Shown here piece by piece: positions 25,324 to 37,412 of a stretch of DNA of 64,000 nt; position 1 is the first letter of the stretch, and each line of letters opens with the position of its first letter. The notes beneath the pieces were generated by a model. It saw only the letters and a program-made list of their open reading frames with translations. It did not search any database and was not told the DNA's origin. This DNA is from Chiloscyllium plagiosum (lineage: Eukaryota), in the NCBI RefSeq assembly GCF_004010195.1, contig NC_057716.1, positions 11,156,235-11,220,234 of the forward strand. Reading direction: 5' to 3'. A program made the translations under genes and the position numbers.

Positions 25324-28300
25324 TGTATTTCTTATGTGTTGCCATTACTGTTCATGTTTATATCTAATTAGTACAGGAGAGCTTTCTAGTTGTTCCAAGA
25401 AAATATGCAAAACCGTTTAGGATTCTCTATCCACTTTTGAATTTTAAAGGTGCATGGTAACTTTGCTCTTTTTAAGCTGTCTATCAAACCGAGTTGCCAT
25501 TTTCATTGTAAACATACTTCAAAAACCAGTGTAAAAATATTAATGAAAACCACTAATTAATGTACAGTTGCACTGTAAAGTTCATGCACAAATTCCAAGT
25601 TGGTTTATACTAATTATATAAATCTGTCCAGAAAGTGTCAATTCAGTCAAGCTAACTTTTTGATCTCAATGGCTGAACAATCGTCACCAAGCAAGTCTGG
25701 TATGTTGCGTGCCAGTGGTGCTGCAGGCAGTAAATATGCACCAAGAGGCAGGAAACCTTTCAGTTCTGCCATGGCCCAGACTGCTTCCAAATCTTCAGTA
25801 AAACTTAACATTTAAGTTGCTATTCAGTCGGATTGCCACGGAGCACTACGCACAAGTTCCGGCTAATTTTATCTCTTAATTGCAAAACAGATGCTGACAA
25901 TGCAGTTGGATTCATTTACATATTAACAAGGCTGCCTTCCAGTTCTGGCTGTCATAATGGCAACAGGAATGGGAGATGAATCAGTCCCACCATTTTCATT
26001 GCAATATTTTCCCATTTCCTTTGGGCAGGAAATCTTTATCTCTTGTTGTATTGTTAAACGTTTTGAAACAATATACATAACCAAAAACTGTTGCCATACC
26101 TTTGCAAAGTTGTGGCTTAACATGCAAGTTTTAGGTTTTGTACACTTTGGAGGAAAAAAATCACCATTTATTTTAGATGCATTTGCAAAATGGGCAGTTG
26201 ATTTTAAATTCTGATGTGATTGTCACTCAGTTTGATTAAAAAAATACATTGTTGTGGATTATTTTTAGATATTTTTATTGCACTTTTCTGCTTTGTGAAT
26301 TAATAGGCAAAACTGAAACTCTTAAGGTTGCATTTTCTTGAAGAATTGTGCAATCACCTCTACAGTATTATGTCCATAAGATCTATGCTAACACCAGCAA
26401 TGTGCAAGAAACTTGTGGAAACAATAACCTAAAATCAATTTTTGTACTTGCAAGTTTTATTGTTGAAATTGAAAATCTTACTAATTCTATGTACACTAAC
26501 TGAAGGTGAAATAATTTGTAGACAAATGTGATTAGACTAGAAATCAAGTTACTATTTAATCTTTCGTGCAGTCAAAATAACTAAAGATACTTCGTTCAGT
26601 CTTTGGTTCACATATCCTTGGAAGGATAGCTTGTAAGCCATATTTTTTAAAAAAATATTGCTTCCTAGGAGGTAGAGCCAGCAGGTGTGCACATGTACTA
26701 TCCCAGTTCCAGAAAGATTTTGCCAGTGATCTACGTGGGAATACCCAACATACGTCGGCAGTTTACTGGGTTAATGTACAAGGTCTACTTTGATGCAAGA
26801 ATGTTAAGTCTTTTAAATGTTTTCCAGCTTTATTTTAAAATTCAGTTAATTTGCAGATGGAAAAAAAAGTTACTGACAGGTGCTATTAAATCTTAATACA
26901 ACCATATTTGCTTTAAAATTCAAACTTAAATTAGAATGACTAGAGTGTGATTGTATGACATAACGTTCTGTAAATTCTCTCATGTTCAAAACCACTAAAT
27001 GAAATATTTAATAAATTTGGTTCAAATAAAGCTTCTGAAATTTGTTCCCCAGCACAAACGAGAAGTTTGAGAGGTAGAAAAAAAGGCTGATTAAATAGTA
27101 CTAGTTCTTCCTGAAACACTGAATAATCTTTTAGAAGAGAGTATCATCTAAGCATGTAAGTGTAACAGATCTGAGCAAAAATATGTCTAATTTGGAAGAG
27201 ATTAAGCCTTGAATTCAAAGTGTATTCCGAAAATGGTATAAAAAGATAACAGCTGAAACAATGTATTTGTAAAAATATATTGGATACATATCTTAGCTGA
27301 AAATTATTTTCAAAAACATTGGTCAATAAATTACAATTTGGATTTAAAATCCTATTTCAAGCTGCATCAGACCAAGAAATACACTAACTTTTTGTTACTT
27401 TGGCCTTGAAATTTATAAAATGAGCCTCCTGTTTCTAAACAGCACACATCAAATTGAGGAAATCAGCTTTTTCAACAATACATACTGTCAAAAATATGGA
27501 GGCAGGATGCCAGATGGGTGGAGGGTAGGGATAGTAGGGTGTCATAAGTGCATGTCTGCCAGTGGTGGGAAGTTAAGCAAATGTTGCACCTGCATCTGAG
27601 GTGTCAAAGAATGACAAAACCACACATTGGAGTGTGGGGGACAATTCAGGGAAACACCTAAACATTCTTAAACTTGATTAAATTCTTCAATATTTTCCTG
27701 TATGACATCACAGCTGCTTTTATTTTAAATACACGTTTACACGAGGAATGTTTAGTAAATTTTATTTCTGGAATATCAGGTGTAATGAAAATTATATTAA
27801 CATTAGTAAATTATTTTAGCAGTTTCAAATGGAAAATTATTCACAACTCTTGTAAATATAAAAGCAGACCCACGTTGCTAAAGCTGCAGTAAACCCATAC
27901 AGAAAAGAGTTCATACTTTGTTCAAAATACTCCTAACTTACACAAGAAAGCTTAGCCTTGAGAATCTGAAGTGTTTCCATGTGGCTCCCATCAATATACT
28001 GACAAGAGTAAGAATTGCTGTAGAAATTTCGGGCAAAAAAAGCTTAATTTTCTTTAGACCATTTGACAGTAAATAGTCCAAATTCAAAAATGGTAACTTT
28101 GCTTTTATAAAGTCACTCAAATATATTCCAATTGTCACTGATATCAGCTATCCATGCCAATAGCAAGGCTAGTATGTTTTTCTAGGGTCTCATAATTCCA
28201 GAATACCTTTAGTCTCGTCTGGTCCTTTGTCCTAACCGTTGGTAGCAACACTAGATGGGGTAAGGTTAAAAAAAAATGTAATAAGTAATTATCCCAAAAA

Positions 28301-28816
28301 GCTAGTATTCTAAAATGGAACTGCTTTGAACAAAATATTTCTCTCATTCTTTTCCCCTTCAAGTCTTAAAAGAAACTGAAGTATATGGAATGAAAAATTG
28401 ATATTGCAGTGACAAGTATGAAGAGATATGGATTTCTAAAGGTTTACGTAGACATAAAAGTTTTGTCTTAAATGGTACCTCTTGCAGGTACTGTGTATAT
28501 ACCCCAACTCATCAAAAGTTATGGAAAGTGTTGTAATGTAAACATACCTGATTAAATACTTGCACAATCTGTATAAAATAATGATCAAAACTAGCAATAA
28601 TTCAAATTGCTTGGTGGTATTATTCAAGTGTTCAACGTTTTGTTAAGTTCTAAATACAATCATGCTTCTTAATACAATTTTAACATTTATTATGGTTCTT
28701 ATCAAGTGTACCGGCTATATTTGATTCTCTAGGCTTTTTATTTAAAGTGACAATCTACCATTTAATAGCCAACTTTAATATTGTAGTGTACCTTCTACAT
28801 ACGTACATAAACAATT

Positions 28817-28907
28817 TTAAAGCTTGTGTGATACCAGTTTCAAGCTCAGATTTTCTGAAAGCTTGTCCATGAATTCAAAGGTATTCAAATAATCAGAGCG
28901 TTGCACA
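28817..28907 (-). CDS. IDH1: IDH1 last coding exon
   Basis: ttgcag|T GTG CAA CGC... encodes [29 protein letters not shown]; 91 nt. Confidence 0.96.
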
Positions 28908-29439
28908 CTGCAAAACAAAATTAGTGAATTTCAGACAAGAATTCAACCACTAATATACTGAAAAATTCAAAGCAAATTAGGTGTTTTTATTTTAAAGAAA
29001 GGACAATAGTATTGATAATATTCCAAGTGTATCAAATTTTCACATGGAACAAAACAAGAATTTTTTTTAAGATGCAACTTGTTTACAAATTAAATAGGCA
29101 TCAGGACAATATTCCATAGTCATAAATGCCCAGATTATTTACATAACAATCAAATCTTTTTCCTTTATGTTCAGTGCCATTGGTCACTTCAGTCAGGGTA
29201 CTTGAGTTTCCTATCGATCAGAATTCTGACTTTTTTTTTCAAAGAAAATATCAACCTTGGGTTCCAGAATATATACAACATACAATTCCTGAGATTTTAA
29301 TAAAAAAGGATAATACTGGAGAGAGATTTGGGAAATAAATTACTAAATAAATTAATTGAATTTCTTTTTAAAAGGGATTTTAAATCAATACAACCAATCG
29401 TAATGTCAAAACAACAAATGAACTTTAATGAGCTGCTCT

Positions 29440-29920
29440 TTAATGAATACCATTCTAATTCATTAAAGTTTTTTGAAGAAGTCTCAACTAGAGTGGGTAC
29501 AGGGGAACCAGATCATGTTTGGCAAGGTTCTTTGGAAAAGTTGAAGTCATAAGGGAAGAGCCCAATGTTGGAGGTATATTGGCATGGACTCAATTGGCTA
29601 ATAGGCAGGGAACAGTGAGTGGGGTTGAGTTATTTTTCAGACGTGCAACCTGTGACACGACCAATAGGGCTCCAGAGGTTAGTGCTGAAACTGCAACTAT
29701 TTACAAAATTTGCAATACAAAAATAGGTGGAAAGGCAGCTTATGAGAACTGTCTTTTTCAGATAAATATTGACAGATTAAATAAATGGCAACAAGTTGGC
29801 AAATAAGGTATAATGTGAAAAAATGTCAAGTCCATTTTGAAAGGGAAACAAAAGAACAGTACTATTTAAATGAAGAAAATTTGCAACACAGAAGGACTTG
29901 GTATTCACCATCATGCACAA
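29440..29920 (+). mobile_element. Old CR1 RT fragment
   Basis: Decayed LKFFEEVS...TKIGG...DIDRL.KW...YNVKKC.V.HF motifs. Confidence 0.5.
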
Positions 29921-30084
29921 TTACTAAAGTGCTCAGACTGGGTTCAAACTCTGGTATTCTCAAAATGACCAGTTAACAGTGTAGGAAACAAAAAAAAAGT
30001 CCCATAGTATAGAAGTATTGACAAACAGTCAGTACAAAGTCATAATGTTCACAAATCTGACAAAAGGCTCAAACAGTTTTAGTT

Positions 30085-30488
30085 AGCAACAAATCCTCAT
30101 CGCGCCGGGGACCTGGGTTCGATTCCGGCTCAGGTCGCTATCTGTGTGGAGTTTGCACATTCTCCCCGTGTCTGCGTGGGTTTCCTCCCGTTGCTCCGGT
30201 TTCCTCCCACGGTCCGGGGATGTGCGGGTCAGGGTGGATTGGCTGTGCTGGACTGCCCATTGTGTTCGGGGATGTGTAGGGTGGGTGCATTGGTCAGGGG
30301 TAAACGTAGAATAATAGGGTAGGGGAATGGGTCTGGTGAATTGGCTGTGCTAAACTGTCCATAGTGTTAGGTGCATTAGTCAGAGGGGAATGGGTCTGGC
30401 TGGGTTACTGTTCAGAGGGTCGGTGTGGATTTGTTGGGCTGAAGGGCCTGTTTCCACACGAGGGATTCTAATTTCTAATCTAATCTAA
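30085..30488 (+). mobile_element. HE1-type tRNA-derived V-SINE with internal duplication
   Basis: B box gggttcgattcc, V-domain tgtgtggagtttgcacattctccccgtgtctgcgtgggtttcctcc and (tctaa)n tail. Confidence 0.85.
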
Positions 30489-30916
30489 AATCAATATTTA
30501 TCCATGAGGTAATCACAGGACGCAAATGAAATAAAATATCCAGAATTAGTGGAGTAGTTTGTTTTTTGGGAAATCCATTGATTTTCTTGTACTACTATAC
30601 TAACCAGTGATGAGGAAATTAATATTCAATCAAGGACACTTAGGACAGAATATAGCAATAAATTTGAACTGAACAGACATTAACATATTTTATCCCAATA
30701 GGAACAAATCAGCACCAATATGTATCTCTGATCATAATGAACAATTGAATAATGAACGTTTCTGCTAATTGATTCAGCAGTGTTGATTGAGTGTACCCTT
30801 ACTGAAAATTAACAATCTAGAACAAACCTTATCACATCTGGAATAGATTTAAAAGGTTGAAAAACAGCTTTCTTAAACTGAATGAGACTGTTGGCTTCAA
30901 GCAGGATTGTACTTAC

Positions 30917-31079
30917 TTTGGTAGTCCTTTGATGCATGCAGCCAAATCCTTGGTCATGAAACCAGATTCAATTGTTTCTACACAAACTCCTTCTAATAAA
31001 GTACAGAATGTCTGTAGCTCCAAGTTATTGTCCAGCTTTGCTCTATGGGATAGTCCTCGAGTCCAAGCAAAGATGGAAG
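30917..31079 (-). CDS. IDH1: IDH1 coding exon 7 of 8
   Basis: tttaag|CT TCC ATC TTT GCT TGG...CCA AA|gtaagt. Encodes [16 protein letters not shown]...[13 protein letters not shown]; 163 nt. Confidence 0.96.
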
Positions 31080-32089
31080 CTTAAAACAAAAAAAAGTGGG
31101 AAGAGAGTTGACGGAGGAAAATCTTGCATTAAAAAAATGCTACAAGGTAAGAAAGTACTTTTAACCATATCTATGATTTAACAGACTATTAAACACTGAA
31201 TTATTATTGCAACACTTTAAGAACAGAAAAAAACATCTTGGGAGTTTCATTGCTTACAAATTACAAAATAAGAGATGCAATGCAACGCGACAATGGGAGA
31301 GGTGTCCACATAACTTGTAAACAAGAGAGACTATTGTTGATCTTATGCAGAGTGTTCTGGTCCTTAGTTAAAGAAACTGATTTCCAGCCATCAAAGATGG
31401 CAAAGCGGAGAGCAGAGTGAGAAGTGAAATGAGGTTGGAGAAAGTTGTAAAGTTTGAAATAAATTTGACTTGGAGTGGATTGAAAATGAAGGCAATTTTA
31501 ATTTCAACCCATTCAGAATAGGCAGCTATGATTGACAAGTAGGCTTAAAATAGAGGAGACTGGGAGAAGGAAGACGTTGGAGATATCAACTCTAGAGATA
31601 TCATAAGAATTGGTAAAGAGTGACAGATGACATTTTTGATAGTAAGCAATTTTGGTGGCAGATGAGATTTAGACTTTAAAATTTAGCTTAAGCAGTAAGG
31701 AATAAGAGACTTGTGAAGGAACTAGTGAAACTATTTCACTTGGGAGAAGAGATTTAGTAGAGTTAAAAGGATGGGAGTTACAACAAAGATGAGCAAAAGG
31801 CAATAGAATATTATGCATAAAATATGAAGTGCTTTGACACAATGATCAAAGAAAAGCTATTCATTTGAAAGTCATCAATTTAAAATGTTCACAAAAGAGT
31901 GAAGACTATTCAGAAAATTTTCTCTAGCAGACTGTTAAGAGTAAGGAATACTTTGCTATATATAAACAATTCTGAAGACAGACCATTGAACCTTCTAAGG
32001 AATGGTTGATACATTTGAATCAGGGGAAGGACAGTGAAAGCAGTTTTGTAATATTCTAATTAAAATGACAAACACAATTAACTTCCTTG

Positions 32090-32381
32090 ATTAGATTAGA
32101 TTAGATTCCCTACAGGCCCAACAAGTCCACACTGACCCTCTGAAGAGTAACCCACCCAGACCCATTTCCCTCGGATTAATGCACCTAATGGGCAATTTAA
32201 CATGGCCAATTCACCTGACTTACACATCTTTGGTCTATGGGAGGAAACCGGAGTACTCGGAGCAAACCCACACAGACACGGGGCGAATGTGCAAACTCCA
32301 CACAGTCACCCGAGACTGGAATCGAACCTGGGACCCTGGTCCTGTGAGGCAGCAATGCTAACCACGGAGCCACCGTGCCGC
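32090..32381 (-). mobile_element. HE1-type V-SINE, near full length
   Basis: Reverse complement begins ggcggcacggtggctccgtggttagc (A box), includes the B box ggttcgattcc and ends in (tctaa)n. Confidence 0.88.
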
Positions 32382-33904
32382 CTGTTCCTTCTATTGAGTT
32401 CTACAGTTCTAAGTCCAAACATTTCTATTACTTATTTTTTAACAAAGAATTTGTAATTCACTTATTGTTAACTTATGAATCTGGATCTCGTGAATTTTAC
32501 GTTTTCTAAACATTGCGCTTTCCGTAAAACTTGGTGTCACCTACAAAATTAAACAGTCTAATTTTGACAGCAAAGTCCCAAAACTCAGTTTAAAGTATTC
32601 TGTTGATTACACTCAATGTATTAGTTACACTAAAAGTCGGCAATCCAGCTGTGCTGACTTAAATAGCAAAAGTTGTGAAACTGAATTCAATAAATTTGCT
32701 ACTGTATAGTTCAATGCCAAGGAAATAATACCCATAAAGATGTTAGATTTTCTAAGAATCCATCTAGTTCACCAATACCCTATATGGTGGAGAATCTAAC
32801 ATCTCTATTTGTTTCGTTCATACAAAACTCTTATTTTGTGATGAAGCTCTTATAATATTTTTTGTTTTGGGAACTGGGGTTCTAAATTGGAAGTAAATAG
32901 GATTTTGGTTTTCAGTTTTTGAAAGGATTGAAAAACAGTATTTCCTTAAAAAAGCATATGATTTGAGCACAATTGATTTCCTTCTAGAAATTAGATAAAT
33001 TATTTGACAAGCTGTCTGGTGAGCTATTTACTGAAGTATTCACTTTAAGATCTACAACCCAGAGACAGAGTTGGAGAGGGACCTTCAGCTACAGTTCAGA
33101 GGAAAAAAAAGAGATCATATCACTGAAAGGACTGTTTCATTTTGGCAATCTCCAGCCCATCAGAGCTGGAAAGCAGTTTTCAGCTGTTTTAAAGTCTTAG
33201 TAAAAAGGGCTGGAAAAGCCCTTGAGCTTTTTAAACAGTTCAGTGAGAAAAGATCAGTCAGTTAGCATGTGTTTGTGTCTCAGAGAGATAGTAACACACA
33301 ATGAAATCTGTGGTAAATCACTAAGTCACTTTCACCATGTCAGTTGAGTAGGAAATTAAAGAATGAAGATAGGAGTGACACTTCACTGGGTTTGAATATC
33401 CAAAAGGAAATTGCTGGATAAAATGGTTGAATCTCTATTTTTGCTTTTTATATATTTCCAACCTCTCTTATTACTGTTTCATTGTTTTCCATTTTGAGCA
33501 ATAAATCTGTGTCATTTTGTTAAAAGTACATTATCAATCTCCTGTGAATATTATCAGTGACTGATAACAAGATTACTGAATTGCAAATATAAAACTTAAC
33601 ATCTGTCAAGCCAGGCTTCACTCTGGAATCTGATCTGACCTGTCCAGTATAACCATCGGCTGTATGATGATAACTCCCACAAGACGTGGTTAGCTGTTCG
33701 TGCCCACAAAGTAATTGTGTTAGGCAGTAAATGTTCCTGTTTCAGAATTTCCCACATCCTGAACCAAAATAAAAAATATAACTACTAATAGTTACCTCTG
33801 GTTCCCAGAATATAACCAACTTATTACTGAGCCCTTAGCATGGTTTCACAAATCTTTAGTTATAACTCTCACAAGAACCAAACAATGTTTTCCCACAAAC
33901 TTAA

Positions 33905-35277
33905 AGAGTGGTGGGCAAGTTGTTGGAGGGAATCCTGAGGGACAGGATGTACATGTATTTGGAAAGGCAAGGACTGATTAGGGATAGTCAACATGGCATG
34001 GGAAATAATGTCTCACAAACTTGATTGAGATTTTTGAGGAAGTAACAAAGAAGATTGATGAGGGCAGAGCAGTAGATGTGATCCAAATGGACTTCAGTAA
34101 GGCATTCGACAAGGTTCCCCATGGGATACTGATTAGCAAAGTTAGATCTCACAGAATACAGAGAGAACTTGGATGAAGAACTGGCTGAAAAGGTAGAAGA
34201 CAGAGGGTGGTGGTGGAAGGTTGTTTTTCAGACTGGAGGCCTGTGACCAGTGGAGTCGCCATAAGGATTGGTGCTGGGTCCTCTACTTTTTGTCATTTAC
34301 ATAAATGATTTGGATGTGAGCATAAGAGATACAGTTAGTAAGTTTGCAGATGACACCAAAATTGGAGGTATAGTGGACAGTGAAGTGGATTACATCAGAT
34401 TACAACAGGATCTGGACAAGATGGGTCAATGGGCTGAGAAGTGGCAGATGGAGTTTAATTCACATAAATGCGAGGTGCTGCATTTTGGGACAGCAAATCT
34501 TAGCAGGACTTATACACTTAATGATAAGGTCCTAGGGAGTGTTGCTGAACAAAGAGACCTTGGAGTGCAGGTTCATAGCTCCTTGAAAGTGGAGTGCAGG
34601 TTCATAGCTCCTTGAAAGTGGAGTCGCAGGTAGATAGGATAGTGAAGAAGGCATTTGGTATGCTTTCCTTTATTGGTCAGAGTATTGAATACGGGAGTTA
34701 GGAGGTCATGTTACAGCTGTACAGGACATTGGTTAGGCCACTGTTGGAATATTGCGTGCAGTTCTGGTCTCCTTCCTATTGGAAAGATGTTGTGAAACTT
34801 GAAAGGGTGCAGAAAAGATTTACAAGGATGTTGCCAGGGTTGGAAAATTTGAGCTACAGGGAGAGGTTGAATAGGCTAGGGCTGTTTTCCCGGGAGCATC
34901 AGAGGCTGAGGGGTGACTTTATAGAGTTTTATAAAGTCATCAGGGGCAGGGATAGAGTAAATAGACAAAGTCTTTTCCCTGAAGTGGGGGAGTCCAGAAC
35001 TAGAGGGCATAAGTTTAGGGTGAGAGGGGAAAGATATAAAAGAGACCTAAGGGGCAACCTTTTTACACAGAGGATGGTATGGCTATGGAATGAGCTGCCA
35101 GAGGATGTGGTGGAGGCTGGTACAATTGCTGCATTTAAGAGGCATTTGGATGGGAAGGAATAGGAAGGGTTTGGAAGGATATGGGCTGCGTGCTGGCAAG
35201 AGGGATAGATTGGGTTGGGATAACTGGTCGGCATGGACCGAAGGGTCTGTTTCCATGTTGTACATCTCTATGACTCT
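33905..35277 (+). mobile_element. CR1 LINE 3' part with internal 29-bp tandem duplication (34561-34618)
   Basis: [30 protein letters not shown] and LYRTLVRPLLEYC motifs. Tail ctctatgactcta. Confidence 0.92.
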
Positions 35278-35721
35278 AATACAATTTCCACAGTACTTCT
35301 CCTATTTGTCTTAGTGGATGAGCCATAAAAACCTCCATATAATAATACTTACACCTATGTTCCTCAGCAATTTAAACAATGGATGGAGTGGAAGAACTTC
35401 CATGGAAAATCACTTCCTAAATATCAACATTACCAAATCTGTAAAACTGTTGTTTCATGAACGATAAATGATTCTGAAGTATTGCTGTAATTCCTATGAT
35501 CTCTTCCATTTAGGTGAGCTAAGAAAAATTCACATCATTGAACAAACTACTAAAATGGAGACTTGGGGCTTTTCAGATTTAACATCAAGTAAAATAAGCT
35601 TCAAATTAGTATATTTTGAGATTATCATGTAATACACTGCAAACTCTGCATTATCATTGATTAACAAAATAGAATGGTTATACTTTGTAATTACTTTTCT
35701 ATAAGACAAAAGTATTTTTAC

Positions 35722-35862
35722 CAATTGGATTGGTTGAGGTTTCTTTGCCCTGCTGGTGCATACGGTAATGGCGTGTAACAGTACCATGGGCTGCCTCAGC
35801 TTCTACTGTTTTACCATCAGGACAAAGCAATACGCTAGTCATCATTCCCAGTGAGCCATACC
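35722..35862 (-). CDS. IDH1: IDH1 coding exon 6 of 8
   Basis: ctacag|GG TAT GGC...ATT G|gtaaaa. Encodes [46 protein letters not shown]; 141 nt. Confidence 0.97.
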
Positions 35863-36219
35863 CTGTAGACAATTAGAAACCAATCTTTAAAAACAATCAA
35901 AATAAAGAAACCATAATACAATCTACAAGGGATTAGCTTAGAAAAAAGGTCAGCTTTTCATTTTCTGTAAAATAGAGGCACCACGAACATACAAGAACTG
36001 GAATCAATTTTCCCTCGATAATTCCTGAAATTATCTCCTGTGTTAATTTGAAAATGGGAAGTTTGATATTCCAAGACATTGACATGTATTTTGCAAGTTA
36101 TTTGGATAGATTTCAAATTAAACTCTAGAATAGAATGTAGACATTCATCAGTAGAAGTAGCTGTTCAGTATATATTATCGAGTGTAGAATAACATAGATA
36201 AACAAACTGGCAAGAATAC

Positions 36220-36371
36220 CTTGTGCAATAGAATCAGATTGCACATCACCATCATAATTTTTACAGGCCCAAACGAAGCCACCCTCAGATTTTAGTGCTT
36301 GAGCTACCATATCATCAATTAGTCTGTGTTCATACCAGATTCCTTTGGCCTCAAACTGTGCTTTGTATTGG
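36220..36371 (-). CDS. IDH1: IDH1 coding exon 5 of 8
   Basis: tttcag|C CAA TAC...CAA G|gtattc. Encodes [35 protein letters not shown]; 152 nt. Confidence 0.97.
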
Positions 36372-36800
36372 CTGAAAGAGAAAGCAATTCTGGGTTAGAA
36401 AAATATCTGTGTGCTTTATGGCAATGACATCTAGTTAATCTTCTTACCTCAACAAGTGAACTATAAAGTCAAGTTTTCCAAAATGTTTAAAATTTACATT
36501 GCCCTCCTCTTTTAAGGAACCCAAATGCTTTCTCCCAAATGCTTTCATTGTTTCTTCCTTCAATTGATAGGGCTAGCCAGTTTGGTCCACTTGATGCTTT
36601 ATGGATCACTGCCACTGGTGATCACCTTGTTCACCAATCCAAAAAAGATATAAACTACAGCCAAAATGCCCATTGACTTATACAACTTAACGAGCTTCAA
36701 AAAGGAAGATTTCTTTCCAGAAAACAAAATAATGTGGGAAAGATGCAAGTGTGGCAGGAGGAAAAGAAAAATACTGAGATCATTACTTTAAAAGAGTTAC

Positions 36801-36978
36801 TTTTCATAGATTTCCTGGAATATGTCCTTGAATCGTCCATCGTATTTCTTCAGTATGGTATTCTTTGTGCTCATGTATAAAGGCCAACCTTTAGCAAGAG
36901 CTTGCTGGAAGGAGCTATGAGCGAAGTCTCTAATAGAGGAGTCAGTGTTATACATTCCCAGAGCAACTCCTCCCCCAT
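36801..36978 (-). CDS. IDH1: IDH1 coding exon 4 of 8
   Basis: ttacag|AT GGG GGA...GAA AA|gtaact. Encodes [12 protein letters not shown]...[23 protein letters not shown]; 178 nt. Confidence 0.97.
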
Positions 36979-37412
36979 CTGTAACAAAAAATAGTTAATA
37001 ACTTTTCTTTTGAAAAACAAAGTCACATATACCAAAGTATGTGCTTATCATGACTTCTTGGACCTTACACATAGTGTCAAAAGAACTCTTCAACTGTTGG
37101 ATCCTCTTCCATCCCATCCTGTTCTCATTTGCAAATGTAAAATGAACCTAATATATAATTGTATAGCGGTATTTTCTTTCTATTCTTTTTTGATATCAGT
37201 TACCTTATTTCTTTTCACGAGCTCTCCTCATTTGTATGTATTCTGTAGTGCTTGCTGTATACATTCTGGTTACGTTATTCCTACAAGTAAACATTGTGGG
37301 TAAAGTAGATTTTGTTTCTTTCAAACCATAAAAACTGCACAGTAGAAAGGAAAAGTTAAGCTTTTTGATGCTAGTACGCAAAGATATGATTGAATGTACT
37401 TCAATGATATCT

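Noticed and set aside
30085-30135. tRNA-like A/B boxes (also at 32310-32381)
   Set aside because: These are SINE heads followed by a V-domain and tail, with no cloverleaf.
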